Assembly (NCBI GenBank): GCA_044222185.1 | Contig: JBGANV010000002.1 | Coordinates: forward strand, 352,001-416,000 | From: Planctomycetota bacterium | GTDB lineage: Bacteria > Planctomycetota > GCA-002687715 > CAIWVZ01 | Direction: 5' to 3' | Length of the DNA: 64,000 nucleotides | In this document: positions 1 through 11,822 of the stretch, piece by piece | Layout: every line of letters starts with the position of its first letter | Position numbering within the stretch: position 1 is the first letter of the stretch | Notes under the pieces: model-generated | What the model was told of the DNA's origin: nothing | The model's database searches: none | The model's input: the letters and a program-made list of their open reading frames with translations, nothing else | Program-made: the position numbers and the translations under genes

Positions 1-214
1 GCGCCTCGATGGGCCCACGTCCTTCGCGAGGGGCACGGTCTCGGTCGGTCCTCCAATCGACCTTTCCCGATCCACCAGCCGGCGAACCGCCGGGCAACGG
101 CAGGACCCGCTGGTACGAGTCGCGCTGATAGACACGCTCGAGGGCCGGAGGAACCTCTCCCTGCGGCGCCAGCGCCGCCCACGCGCACACGAAGACTCCC
201 ACCGTCGTCAACAC
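1..214 (-). CDS. Hypothetical exported/membrane protein, 5' part only (runs off window start)
   Basis: Open frame from GTG at 214 reading MLTTVGVFVCAWAALAPQGEVPPALERVYQRDSYQRVLP..., a hydrophobic signal-like N-terminus. TACAAT lies 8 nt upstream. Confidence 0.45.
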   Translation of the reverse strand, partial: MLTTVGVFVCAWAALAPQGEVPPALERVYQRDSYQRVLPLPGGSPAGGSGKVDWRTDRDRAPREGRGPIEA

Positions 215-321
215 GGGGCGGCATTGTAACGGCGGGCCCGCCCCCGCGCCGACAGGGCTCGCGGAACGTGGTCCCCGCGATCGCTTGCGTCGCCCGATCG
301 CCCGTGCTCACATGCCCGGTC

Positions 322-2154
322 ATGAGAAAGCCGCTGATCGGGATCACCGCGGATCTGGAGAACGACCGGTATCAGAGCCAGCGGGCGTACGCGAACGCCG
401 TCCGGCTTGCTGGGGGCGTGCCCATGATCCTCCCTCACGAACCGGGGCTCGCGCCGGACTTCGTGGATCGGTGCGACGGGATCCTGATGACGGGCGGCGA
501 CGACCCGGCCATGGAGCGCTTCGGCCTGCCGACGCACCCGAGTGCAAAGCCCATGCATCCGGACCGACAGGCGTCGGAGATCGCGATCCTCGATGCGCTC
601 TCTGGACGTCCCGAACGTCCGTTCCTGGGGATCTGCCTCGGAATGCAGCTCATGTCGCTCCATGCTGGCGGTACGTTCGACCAGCATCTTGCGGATTCGC
701 TCGCGACGGCCGAGTCGCACCGCGGCAACAAGCTGCACCGCGTGAGCGGGGAGATCGGCGAGGGCGACGTCGTCAGCTCCCACCGTCAGGCCGTGACGAC
801 CCCGGGCCGGCTCTCGGTCGTCGCTCGATCGCCCGACGGAGTCATCGAGGCCGTGCGTGACGGCGACCGCCGCTTCTACGTCGGCGTGCAGTGGCATCCC
901 GAACGTACGGGCGACACTCCGCTTGGATTCGGCATCATCCGCAAGCTCGTACAGGCCGCGGCGGCCGTGTGCATCCTCATCGCGACCGGAGCGAGCGTTC
1001 ACGCTCAGACGACCGCGGCCACCGACCACGCCACGCTCTGCGGCATCGACGTGCTCGTGCGCGACAAGTTCAAGGTGCTCGCGGGCAAGCGCGTCGGTCT
1101 GATCACGAACCACACGGGCATGACGCGCGATGGGCGCGCCACGGTCGACGTCCTCGCCGGTGCCGAGGGCTTCAAGCTCGTCGCGTTGTTCTCCCCAGAA
1201 CACGGCATCCGCGGCGACGTCGACGCGCATGTTCCCGACGGCAAGGATCAAAAGACCGGCCTGCCGATCTTCAGCCTCTACGGCAAGACTCGTGAGCCTC
1301 GGCCGGAAACGCTCGAGGGGATCGACACGCTCGTTTACGACATCCAAGACGTGGGGTGCCGCTTCTACACCTACATCTCGACGCTCGGGATCACGTTGGA
1401 AGCAGCCGCCAGGCGCGGCCTCGACTACGTGGTGCTCGATCGGCCCAACCCGATCAACGGCGACGACGTCGAGGGTCCGCTGCTCCAAGCGGGGCGCGAA
1501 TCGTTCGTCGGCTGGCACAGGATTCCCGTGCGGCACGGCATGACCGTGGGCGAGCTCGCCCGACTGTTCGACGCGGAGAAGAAGCTCTCGGCCAGGTTGA
1601 CGGTGATCAAGGTCGAGGGATGGACGCGTCACGACTTCTACGATGCGACCGGCCTGCGCTGGGTGAACCCGTCGCCGAACATGCGGAGCCTCACGGAAGC
1701 CATCCTCTACCCCGGCATCGGGCTGCTCGAAGTCACCAATCTTTCCGTCGGGCGGGGCACGGACACGCCGTTCGAGCGGATCGGTGCTCCGTGGCTCGAC
1801 GGGCAGCCGCTGGCCATCGCCCTGGAGCGCGCACGGATCCCGGGTGCGAGCTTCATCCCCATCGAATTCACCCCGACGGCAAGCGTCTTCAAGGGTGAAC
1901 GGTGCGGCGGCATCAACGTCGTCATCACCGATCGAAAGCAGTTCCGTCCGTTGCGGACCGTCTTCGAGATCGCAGTGGCGCTCCGCCGGCTTCATCCCGA
2001 GCAGTGGCACGCGAAGGACTTCGGCCGCATGCTTGCCAGCACACCCGTGCTCGAGGCTCTGCTCGGGAACAAGTCGGCCGAGGACCTCGAACGGCTTTGT
2101 TCCGCCGACGTCACGACGTTCCGCGAGCGTCGCAAGCCGGCTCTCCTGTACTGA
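322..2154 (+). CDS. Fusion: peptidase C26 / gamma-glutamyl hydrolase (class I GATase) + DUF1343/NamZ-family exo-beta-N-acetylmuramidase
   Basis: N-half has KPLIGI, GGDD, GICLGMQ (nucleophile), SSHRQAV and GVQWHPE. C-half has GKRVGLITNHTG, ALFSPEHG, YDIQDVGCRFYTY, DRPNP, WVNPSPNMRS and SVGRGTDTPFE. Confidence 0.9.
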   Translation: MRKPLIGITADLENDRYQSQRAYANAVRLAGGVPMILPHEPGLAPDFVDRCDGILMTGGDDPAMERFGLPTHPSAKPMHPDRQASEIAILDALSGRPERPFLGICLGMQLMSLHAGGTFDQHLADSLATAESHRGNKLHRVSGEIGEGDVVSSHRQAVTTPGRLSVVARSPDGVIEAVRDGDRRFYVGVQWHPERTGDTPLGFGIIRKLVQAAAAVCILIATGASVHAQTTAATDHATLCGIDVLVRDKFKVLAGKRVGLITNHTGMTRDGRATVDVLAGAEGFKLVALFSPEHGIRGDVDAHVPDGKDQKTGLPIFSLYGKTREPRPETLEGIDTLVYDIQDVGCRFYTYISTLGITLEAAARRGLDYVVLDRPNPINGDDVEGPLLQAGRESFVGWHRIPVRHGMTVGELARLFDAEKKLSARLTVIKVEGWTRHDFYDATGLRWVNPSPNMRSLTEAILYPGIGLLEVTNLSVGRGTDTPFERIGAPWLDGQPLAIALERARIPGASFIPIEFTPTASVFKGERCGGINVVITDRKQFRPLRTVFEIAVALRRLHPEQWHAKDFGRMLASTPVLEALLGNKSAEDLERLCSADVTTFRERRKPALLY

Positions 2155-2217
2155 ACGCAGCGCCGCAGACCACGAGACCGCGCGCCCACGTGACGCGGTC
2201 GCGGATGAACCAACGCC

Positions 2218-2655
2218 ATGACCGAATCGCTCTGCCTGTTCCTCTCGTTCATCGCCGGAATCGCCTCCGGGGTCCAGGGTCCCGCGAATGCGTCCGTCTC
2301 CCGTTCGTGGGACCTCACACGTTCGGTCCTGTTGAACGGGGCAATCGTCTTCGTCGTGGCGCTTTTGGGATTCCTCGTCCTGCGGAAACCGCCGGCCTCC
2401 GACCGGAATCCGCCCCTCGCCCACTGCATCGGCGGACTCTGCGGCGTGACCGTGATCGCCGTGGCCGCGTTCGCCACGCCTCGGATCGGTCCTGCGGTGT
2501 ATACGACCGTACTCCTCCTGGGGATGATGACGGCGTCCGTCGCCGTGGACCACTTCGGCTGGTTCGGGTTGCCGGAGGTCCGCGTGTCGTGGCCTCGAAT
2601 CGCCGGTCTCGCCCTGATCGCAGCCGGTGTGGCGCTCGTTCGCATGACGCGGTGA
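2218..2655 (+). CDS. DMT-family (YdcZ-like) small membrane transporter
   Basis: Hydrophobic 145 aa with QGPANA, GGLCG, PRIG and VDHFGWFG motifs. Confidence 0.85.
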   Translation: MTESLCLFLSFIAGIASGVQGPANASVSRSWDLTRSVLLNGAIVFVVALLGFLVLRKPPASDRNPPLAHCIGGLCGVTVIAVAAFATPRIGPAVYTTVLLLGMMTASVAVDHFGWFGLPEVRVSWPRIAGLALIAAGVALVRMTR

Positions 2656-2804
2656 GGATCGCCACGGCGCGTCGGGGTGTCGCACGGACCGTTCCCGCGG
2701 CCGGGAGCATCTTCAAGTCGTCGACCTGAGCGCCCGATAACAACGGGGCGAGCGTCCATAGGTGTGCACTTCAGGCGCCACCCAAGCTCCAAGGCACGGC
2801 TGCG

Positions 2805-5123
<2,319 letters not shown>

Positions 5124-5190
5124 CCCCTCATCTTCAGCAGCGGCACTCCGGCGGCTGTACAATCGGCGCCCCCTCGGAGACTGCTGCATC

Positions 5191-6897
5191 ATGTCGCCTT
5201 CGCACACTCGCATCGTCGTTGCGCTGATCGCTCTCGCGTCGACGCTCCCGGCCCAGCTCACGAGCAACGACAACGCGATCTGCGTCTGGCCGTGGCTCGC
5301 GGGCGTGAACATCAACTCGCAGATCGCTTCCACGATCTCCAACGCTCAGGCGAACGGGTTCGACACGATCTACCTGCACCTCTACCGCACGACGGGACCG
5401 TCGCAGGGCATCCTCTACATGGCGGACGAGACGGGCACGTGGAACGCGTCGAACGGCACGCTGTCGAATCTCGTGACCCTGTCGAGCTTCATTCAGCAGG
5501 CGCACGCCGTGAAGATCCAGGTCGTCGGCGTGATCGGCTGCTTCCTCGATACCGGACCGCTGCCCGGGGATGCAGCGCACGAACAGCTGCTGCGAAACGT
5601 CGTCGACTACCTCTTGCACTCCTATTCCGGGTTCGGTGATCCCGTCTACAAGCTCGACGGCATCGCGCTCGATCGGTTCCGTTTCTACAACGGCACGAAC
5701 AACCCGTCGGCACCGGTCACCAACTTCACGGCGTCCATGAAGGCCCTGCTGGGCCCGCTGCCGCTGCACGGCTTCCTGATCGGGAGCCCCTACTTCATCG
5801 ATGCGGGGACCTACGACGGGAACTTCCCCGGTTACGCGTGGTCGATGAATGCGTTGCGGGGGCAGTTCGGCCAGGACTGGCAAGCCCTCGCGCCCCACCT
5901 CGACGTGTTCGCCCCCATGGTCTACGTGGCGGATGGCGGTGTCTACGGCACCAACTACGCGCTGATGCAGGCCTACGCGGCCCAGGCGGCGTCGTATTGC
6001 GTGATCGCCTGTCAGAACGCGGGGGTCGTCCGGCGGATCCGGCCGGCGATCCAGACGTACGCCGATCCGGGCGGATCGGGTACCACGTCGCCCGCGTCGA
6101 TCGACGCGATCGTTCAGGGCTCGCTCCTTGGCGGCGCCCACGGGTACAACGCCTATCGCTACGAGACGGCCACGCCGTTCCCGTCCTGGTTCACCGCCAT
6201 GGCATCGCACAACACGCCGACGGCGAATCGCCCGCTTCCATCCGTCACGGCCACGGTGCAAGGCCTCACGGTCTCGCTGAACGCATCGGGTTGCAGTGAT
6301 GCCAACGAACCTGCGACGTCGCTCCAGGTCCGGTTCGACACCAACGCCGACGGCACCTTCGAGACGCCCTTCAGCACGACGAAGACGACCCAGTACCTGG
6401 CCTCGGGATTGGGCGCACACCGGGCCGGCGTCGAGGTGCGGGATTCCACGGGTCTGACGGGCGTGTACGTACGGCGCGTCTCCGTGCTGGGCTCGCCGCT
6501 TGCCGTGTCGCCCGGCACGCTCTCGGCATCCGGCGGCGGTACGTGCACGTTCACGATCGACGTGGGCCCGGCGGGGCCGGGTCTCTCCTACGTCATCGCG
6601 GGCTCGGCGACGGGCGTCTCGCCAGCAACCACGATCGCGCCCGGCGTCTCGGTCCCGCTCGTGCCGGACTCGTTCACCGACCTCCTCTTCAGCGCCTACG
6701 GCACGCCCTTCCTGCCGGGCTTCGTGGGCTTCTTGTCGCAGACTGGCACGGCCCAGGGCGCGTTGTCCGTCGGACCGGGAGTCATTCCCCCCTCCCTGGC
6801 GTTCTTCCCACTGCGATTCGCCGCGGTTGCGCTGTCGCCCACGACGTCCGTTCCGCTGGCGGCGACGAACGCGGTCACCCTCACGATCCTGCCATGA
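5191..6897 (+). CDS. Secreted glycoside-hydrolase-like TIM-barrel protein (GHL10/DUF187-like) with PKD-like and C-terminal beta domains
   Basis: Signal peptide (…TLPA/Q). GFDTIYL, LDGIALDRFRF and LDVFAPMVY resemble GHL10 motifs. PKD-like segment VSLNASGCSD…VRFDTNADGTFET. Confidence 0.6.
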   Translation: MSPSHTRIVVALIALASTLPAQLTSNDNAICVWPWLAGVNINSQIASTISNAQANGFDTIYLHLYRTTGPSQGILYMADETGTWNASNGTLSNLVTLSSFIQQAHAVKIQVVGVIGCFLDTGPLPGDAAHEQLLRNVVDYLLHSYSGFGDPVYKLDGIALDRFRFYNGTNNPSAPVTNFTASMKALLGPLPLHGFLIGSPYFIDAGTYDGNFPGYAWSMNALRGQFGQDWQALAPHLDVFAPMVYVADGGVYGTNYALMQAYAAQAASYCVIACQNAGVVRRIRPAIQTYADPGGSGTTSPASIDAIVQGSLLGGAHGYNAYRYETATPFPSWFTAMASHNTPTANRPLPSVTATVQGLTVSLNASGCSDANEPATSLQVRFDTNADGTFETPFSTTKTTQYLASGLGAHRAGVEVRDSTGLTGVYVRRVSVLGSPLAVSPGTLSASGGGTCTFTIDVGPAGPGLSYVIAGSATGVSPATTIAPGVSVPLVPDSFTDLLFSAYGTPFLPGFVGFLSQTGTAQGALSVGPGVIPPSLAFFPLRFAAVALSPTTSVPLAATNAVTLTILP

Positions 6898-6906
6898 AGG
6901 CTGGAT

Positions 6907-7608
6907 CTACGCGTCGAGCTGGATCGGAAGCGTACCCGTGATGTCGATGCCGCGCAGAGTCGACTTCGTCGCAAGCGCGATCGCTTCCACTCCGTTCTTC
7001 ACTGCCGCACGGAGTCCCTTCGCGTAGTCCGGGTCGATGGCCGACGCGGGAGCGAACGCCTCACAGTCGGGGCGGTTGACGAAGAAGATCATCACGCCGC
7101 GGTCGCCTTCGCGGACGACGCGCGTGAGCTCGCGGAGATGCTTCAGGCCGCGCTCGGTGACCGAGTCGGGGAACCGGACGAGGCGACCGTCGCGGAGCGT
7201 CGTGTTCTTGACCTCGACCCAGGCACGGCCCCGCCTCCCCTCGAGCAGCACGTCGATTCGCGACGCCTTGCCGTAGGGAACCTCGCGTCGAACGGAGTCG
7301 TAGCCCTCCAGGCCGGCGATGGCACCCGTCTTCAAGCCTTCGGCGACCACCTGGTTCGGGTGCGCGGTGTTGACGCCGATCCACGCGCGGCCCATGCGCG
7401 AGAGCTCCCAGGTGTAGGCGAGCTTGCGATGCGGCTCTGGATGATGGGAAAGCGCGACCTCGCATCCTGGCTCGAAGCACGTGGCCATCGATCCCGAGTT
7501 GGGAGTGTGGGCGACCACGACGGTCCCATCCTCCAACCGGACGTCGGCGAGGAACCGCTTGTAGCGGCGCACGAGCGTGCCCGTGACCAGGGGGGCCTGA
7601 AAACGCAT
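6907..7608 (-). CDS. sfsA: Sugar fermentation stimulation protein / DNA-RNA nuclease SfsA
   Basis: RRYKRFLADV, HTPNSGSM, SRIDVLL, VEVKNTTL, FPDSVTERGLKHL and IDPDYA. Confidence 0.95.
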   Translation of the reverse strand: MRFQAPLVTGTLVRRYKRFLADVRLEDGTVVVAHTPNSGSMATCFEPGCEVALSHHPEPHRKLAYTWELSRMGRAWIGVNTAHPNQVVAEGLKTGAIAGLEGYDSVRREVPYGKASRIDVLLEGRRGRAWVEVKNTTLRDGRLVRFPDSVTERGLKHLRELTRVVREGDRGVMIFFVNRPDCEAFAPASAIDPDYAKGLRAAVKNGVEAIALATKSTLRGIDITGTLPIQLDA

Positions 7609-7621
7609 GACGTACGGTCGG

Positions 7622-8173
7622 TCAGATCTGCGGGATCGTGACGATCCGCTGGTAGGCCAGACTGGCCTCGAACGTGAACGTGTACGGAAGCAGCGTGCCG
7701 TTCGTCGCGGGCTGGAGGCGCAGGCGCGTGCCGGAGTCGTCGAGGATGACGACCTCGGTCACGGTGCCGAGCGGAACGGTGCGACGCATCGTCCGTTGGT
7801 CCTCGATCATCTTCCCGCTGTCGTCCTTGCGGCCGACGAGGTTGACGATCTCGTACTCCTGAACCGCCGTCGATCCGCTCAAGCCGACGACCGGCTCGCG
7901 GAACTTGACGCGCACGACGTACTGGCCGTCGTCGCTCTTCTGGATGTCGCCGTACGCCTGCGGCGGTGCGTTGAATGCCGCCAGGTCGGCGCGGCGGAAC
8001 ACGGGAATGGACCCGGCGTTCTTCACGAGCGACGGATCGACCTCCACCTGCGAGAGGACCCAGCTCGTCGTCTCGACGTGCTTCGCGGACGGGTTGGTGC
8101 AACCAGGGAATGCCTGGGCGAGAAGGGCGACGGCGACGCAACGGACCGCAAGCCGGAGCATGGGCGACATCAT
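7622..8173 (-). CDS. Hypothetical lipoprotein
   Basis: Signal with lipobox-like AFPGC; typical codon usage. Confidence 0.7.
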   Translation of the reverse strand: MMSPMLRLAVRCVAVALLAQAFPGCTNPSAKHVETTSWVLSQVEVDPSLVKNAGSIPVFRRADLAAFNAPPQAYGDIQKSDDGQYVVRVKFREPVVGLSGSTAVQEYEIVNLVGRKDDSGKMIEDQRTMRRTVPLGTVTEVVILDDSGTRLRLQPATNGTLLPYTFTFEASLAYQRIVTIPQI

Positions 8174-8261
8174 AGATCTCGGATTCTCTTCCGGAAGGAC
8201 GCCGCCTCCGACGGCGGCGTCCGGGAGAATAGTCCCGAAATCCGGGATGTCCCCGCGGTCG

Positions 8262-10601
8262 TCAGTACAGGAAGGTCATGACGGCGTTCTGGAACACGGG
8301 CGACACGTTCAACGTCGTATCGGCGTAGAGGTCCGTCACGAACCGGAAGTACCGCATGTTGGCCATCTGCCCGAGCAGCGCCGTGTTGACGGCGCCGTTC
8401 TGGTCGATGTACACGCCCGAAACGGTCGGGGTGACCCCTGGTCCCGGCGAGGCGGTGTTCGTCGCTTCAAGACGCCACACGCCGCGTGCGGTGCTGCCCG
8501 GCGGCGGTGTCGATTCGGTGGGCGTGAACTGCAGGTACGTGGGGTCAGGAACGCCCGTGTCGATCCACGCGGAGCGTGCGGACGAGATGCGCCCGACGAA
8601 CGTGAACCGCATCCGATAGATGTCGTAGCCGGCGTTCGCCGCAACCGCGCAGTTGTTCGCGGGCACCTGCGAGAGCGGCACGCCGATGAGACGATGGACG
8701 GGCGTCGGCGCCGTCGACCTGCAACGGTTGAAGTTGGGCTGCTGCGTCCCGCCTTCGATGTTCTGCTCAAGCAGCAGGTTGAACCCCTGGCCGCCTTGCC
8801 CCGTCGACGTTGCGAAATCGAAGGGCGGCGTCAGCACCGGGAAGGGCATGAACTGCGTGAACGCCGGCGGCACGACGTATGGCGAAGGCCCACCGCAGGC
8901 AACCTTCGTGCGGTTCGCGCCGGAGCTGCATGTGGCCGGAACCGGCGTGCCGGTCTGCCACGCCTGGTACGAGTAGTTGGCGTCGTAGACGGCCAGGAGT
9001 CCCGCCCCGGTCCCCGGGTTGACGGGAGAGGAGACGCTCGTGATTCCGCACCAGATCTGGTACGCCGGATACGTCGTCGCCGTGACCGTGTTGTAGACGG
9101 GGCTCCACTCGATCAACTCGAGGGAGTCCTTCGTCGAGCCCAGGTCGATCGAGTCGTAGACGTGCATGATGTGGGAGCCGCCGTTTGGGTTCAGGCCGAG
9201 GTTGCAGCCGCCGACTCCGCACAAGGCTCCGGAGGACGCCGACGACGCGTCGAACGGAGAGAACAAGCCCGCTGGGACACTCGGGGGGGGAGGGAGGGGA
9301 GGATCGACCAGAAGCTGGACCCGCGTGCCGAGCGAAAACGGTGTCGTGCCGGTCGCGCTTCCGGAGAGCGCCCTCCCCGTGAGCACGTCGGCCGCGGTCG
9401 CCGCATCCCAGCGCGCCGCCCCGAACGGTGGAACGAACGTCGTGTCGAGCTGCGTTTGGTCAGCGAACGAGATCGTCACCGCCCCCGGGTTGCTGCACGT
9501 GGTGCACGGCCCAACCTGGAAGGACGCCGCGGTCGCCGCCGACAAAGCAACAGTCGCATGCGACAGTCCCAGGGGCGGCGTGCGGATCGGCATGCCCGCG
9601 ATGACGAGGACGTCGAACTGGACCGTCCGTGGGGCAAGGCTGGTTCCGTACCCGGCGAGTGGTGTGAACACGAACGTGTCGTCGACGTCCGAGCCCGGAC
9701 GCGCCGTCGACCACGTCCCCGGCACCTGCACGTCGAGCGGCGTGGATCCCGTTCCGAGGCGGGTGACCACGAGGTTCGTCCCGACGACGAACGTCGAGGG
9801 ATCGACGAGGTTCGAGAACTGCACGATGACAGGCTCGTTCACACCCAGCGGGGGCGGCGTTCCCGGCATTCCGGACTGCGTCGCGATCGACGCGACCGTG
9901 AGGGGGAGCTGCGCCTGCGTGAACGCCGGTTCGACGAAGAAGACCGGCGACGGCCCGTTCGGGCTCACCAGAATCGGGAGCGCGTTCGGATCCCCGCCGG
10001 CAGCCTGCGCAGGGAACGTCCGGAAGCGAAACCCGTTCGACGCGGGAATCGACCAGACGTACTCCTCGTTGCCAGGGAATCCGGTGGCCGCCGTGATGCC
10101 GAAGCTGTTGCCGATGGCGACGCGCGGGTCGAGCACGATCGTGGCCGGATCGGTCACCGACCGTCCCACGAGGTAGGCACCCTCCGCTCCCCCGTAGAGG
10201 ATCTGCGACGGCGTGTTGCGGTAGATCTGCAACGACTGCCTCGCCGCGGCTTGATCGGCATAGGTGACGTATTGCACCGACTGTGCGCCGGAGGCATCGC
10301 GCCCGGCACGGACGACCGGGGTCGAGCCCCCCGCCGTGTCGAACCCTCCGAAAATCCCGTCGTCGAGGGGCTGATCGAAGGTGAAGAGGATCACCTGATC
10401 CCTCAGCGCGAGCGGGACCGACCTCCCGGCGTTCGGACCGGTCGAGTTGGTCGTCGTAAGTGATGTCGAGACGGTCGTGACGGTTCCCAAATGGGGTCCG
10501 TCGACGTGGTTTCCACCACAGGCGTTCAGGGTCACGATCAGGACGATCGCGCCGGCGAGCAGGGACAGACCGTCCCCCTGCCTCCTATTGGTCACGTTCA
10601 T
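8262..10601 (-). CDS. Large lipoprotein with Ig-like (Big_5-like) domains
   Basis: MNVTNRRQ…LNAC lipobox. Ig-like motifs ILFTFDQPLD and VIVQFSNLVDPSTF. Thr/Pro/Gly-rich with several Cys pairs. Confidence 0.75.
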   Translation of the reverse strand: MNVTNRRQGDGLSLLAGAIVLIVTLNACGGNHVDGPHLGTVTTVSTSLTTTNSTGPNAGRSVPLALRDQVILFTFDQPLDDGIFGGFDTAGGSTPVVRAGRDASGAQSVQYVTYADQAAARQSLQIYRNTPSQILYGGAEGAYLVGRSVTDPATIVLDPRVAIGNSFGITAATGFPGNEEYVWSIPASNGFRFRTFPAQAAGGDPNALPILVSPNGPSPVFFVEPAFTQAQLPLTVASIATQSGMPGTPPPLGVNEPVIVQFSNLVDPSTFVVGTNLVVTRLGTGSTPLDVQVPGTWSTARPGSDVDDTFVFTPLAGYGTSLAPRTVQFDVLVIAGMPIRTPPLGLSHATVALSAATAASFQVGPCTTCSNPGAVTISFADQTQLDTTFVPPFGAARWDAATAADVLTGRALSGSATGTTPFSLGTRVQLLVDPPLPPPPSVPAGLFSPFDASSASSGALCGVGGCNLGLNPNGGSHIMHVYDSIDLGSTKDSLELIEWSPVYNTVTATTYPAYQIWCGITSVSSPVNPGTGAGLLAVYDANYSYQAWQTGTPVPATCSSGANRTKVACGGPSPYVVPPAFTQFMPFPVLTPPFDFATSTGQGGQGFNLLLEQNIEGGTQQPNFNRCRSTAPTPVHRLIGVPLSQVPANNCAVAANAGYDIYRMRFTFVGRISSARSAWIDTGVPDPTYLQFTPTESTPPPGSTARGVWRLEATNTASPGPGVTPTVSGVYIDQNGAVNTALLGQMANMRYFRFVTDLYADTTLNVSPVFQNAVMTFLY

Positions 10602-10765
10602 TGGCGAGCTCCGCAGTGTTGCAGCAACAGTTCCAAAGCCCCGTGGCAGGGGGCGTTCGCACGTCGCGCGGGATTCCGCCAGATCCGGCGCATCCGGGCG
10701 GGAGCCTATACGAAACGGGATCGCTGATGGAAGCCTGTTCGGACGCGCGCGGCACGCGGCGGTGC

Positions 10766-10794
10766 TTGACACGACGGGCGCCAAACGGTGAGCT
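10766..10794 (+). promoter_or_regulatory. Putative sigma-70 promoter for the 10820 gene
   Basis: TTGACA-17 nt-TGAGCT, followed by an AGGAGA RBS. Confidence 0.4.
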
Positions 10795-10819
10795 GCGCCC
10801 CTTTCGCAGGAGATCCCTC

Positions 10820-11379
10820 ATGCTGCCCCTCACTGAATTCACGGTGCCGATCCTGGTTTCCGCAGCGTTCGTGTTCATCGCCAGCAGCCTGATCCACATG
10901 GTGATCAAGTACCACAACCCGGATTACCGGAAGCTCCCCAACGAGGACGACGTCCGCGCCGCAATCCGGAAGGGCAACCCGAGCCCGGGGCAGTACGTCC
11001 TGCCGTGGTGTCTCCATGGCGACACGTCCAACAAGGACGAGGTCGCACGACGGTTCGCCGAGGGCCCCGTCGGCATGGTCTGGCTCGCGCCAACGGGATG
11101 CCCCAGATGGGAGGCCTGCTGATCCGATGGTTCATCCTCTGCGCTCTGATCGCGCTTTTCGCCGCGTACCTCGCGTCACACGTGTTGCCGCGCGGGGCGC
11201 ATTACCTCGCAGTCTTCCGAGTCGTCGGAACGGTCGCGTTCCTCGGGTTCGGCGCCGGCGGTTGGGCCGAGGTGATCTGGAAGGGAAAGCCCGCGAGCTG
11301 CGCGCTGAAGGACACGGTCGACGCGCTCATCTACGCCATGGTGATTGCCGGGACGTTCGGCTGGCTCTGGCCGCACTGA
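10820..11379 (+). pseudogene. Conserved hypothetical membrane protein split by a frameshift (or a 1-nt sequencing deletion)
   Basis: ORF from ATG 10820 (RBS AGGAGA) reads …GPVGMVWLAP and continues in another frame as NGMPQMGGLLIRWF…GTFGWLWPH. Adding one C at GCGCCAAC (~11087-11094) restores one protein. Confidence 0.7.
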
Positions 11380-11387
11380 CTCGCGGC

Positions 11388-11822
11388 TCAGCGGCGATTG
11401 GCGCGGCGCGCGATCCACGCGCCGACCGTGGCCGGCAAGGCGTACCCGCAGTAGCCCAGGATCTCGAACGGGAGCAGGTTGTGGCTCGTCGGTGAGCGCG
11501 CCATCTCGACTGCCATGCCGATGGGGAACAGGACGACCATTCCGAGCCCGACCAGGAGTGGCGCTGTGGCAAACCGTCGCGCGATGGCGAAGCCTGCGAC
11601 ACCGAACACGAGCGCCGTGACCCCGTCGTAGTTGGCGGCGAGCAACCCGGTGAGGAAGTACTCCTCTGCGTCCCGCTCCTTCGGCATCGCTCGAAAGACG
11701 AGCCAGTGAGCACCGATGGCGGCGGGGCCGGCGAGCACGGCGAACAGCAGTCCGGCGACGGGTCCACCGGTGCCGCGCTGCACGCCGTCATCGGGGGTCG
11801 CCTGGATCGTCGGGTTCGTCAT
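11388..11822 (-). CDS. Hypothetical membrane protein
   Basis: About 4 hydrophobic segments and a PTSHNLLPFEI motif. Confidence 0.7.
   Translation of the reverse strand: MTNPTIQATPDDGVQRGTGGPVAGLLFAVLAGPAAIGAHWLVFRAMPKERDAEEYFLTGLLAANYDGVTALVFGVAGFAIARRFATAPLLVGLGMVVLFPIGMAVEMARSPTSHNLLPFEILGYCGYALPATVGAWIARRANRR

Noticed and set aside
208-2685. 825-aa minus-strand ORF and similar long antisense ORFs (7905-10463, 18538-20268, 20967-22706, 28829-31489, 33017-34624)
   Set aside because: These are shadow frames of real genes caused by high-GC codon bias; they are Arg-rich with no motifs.
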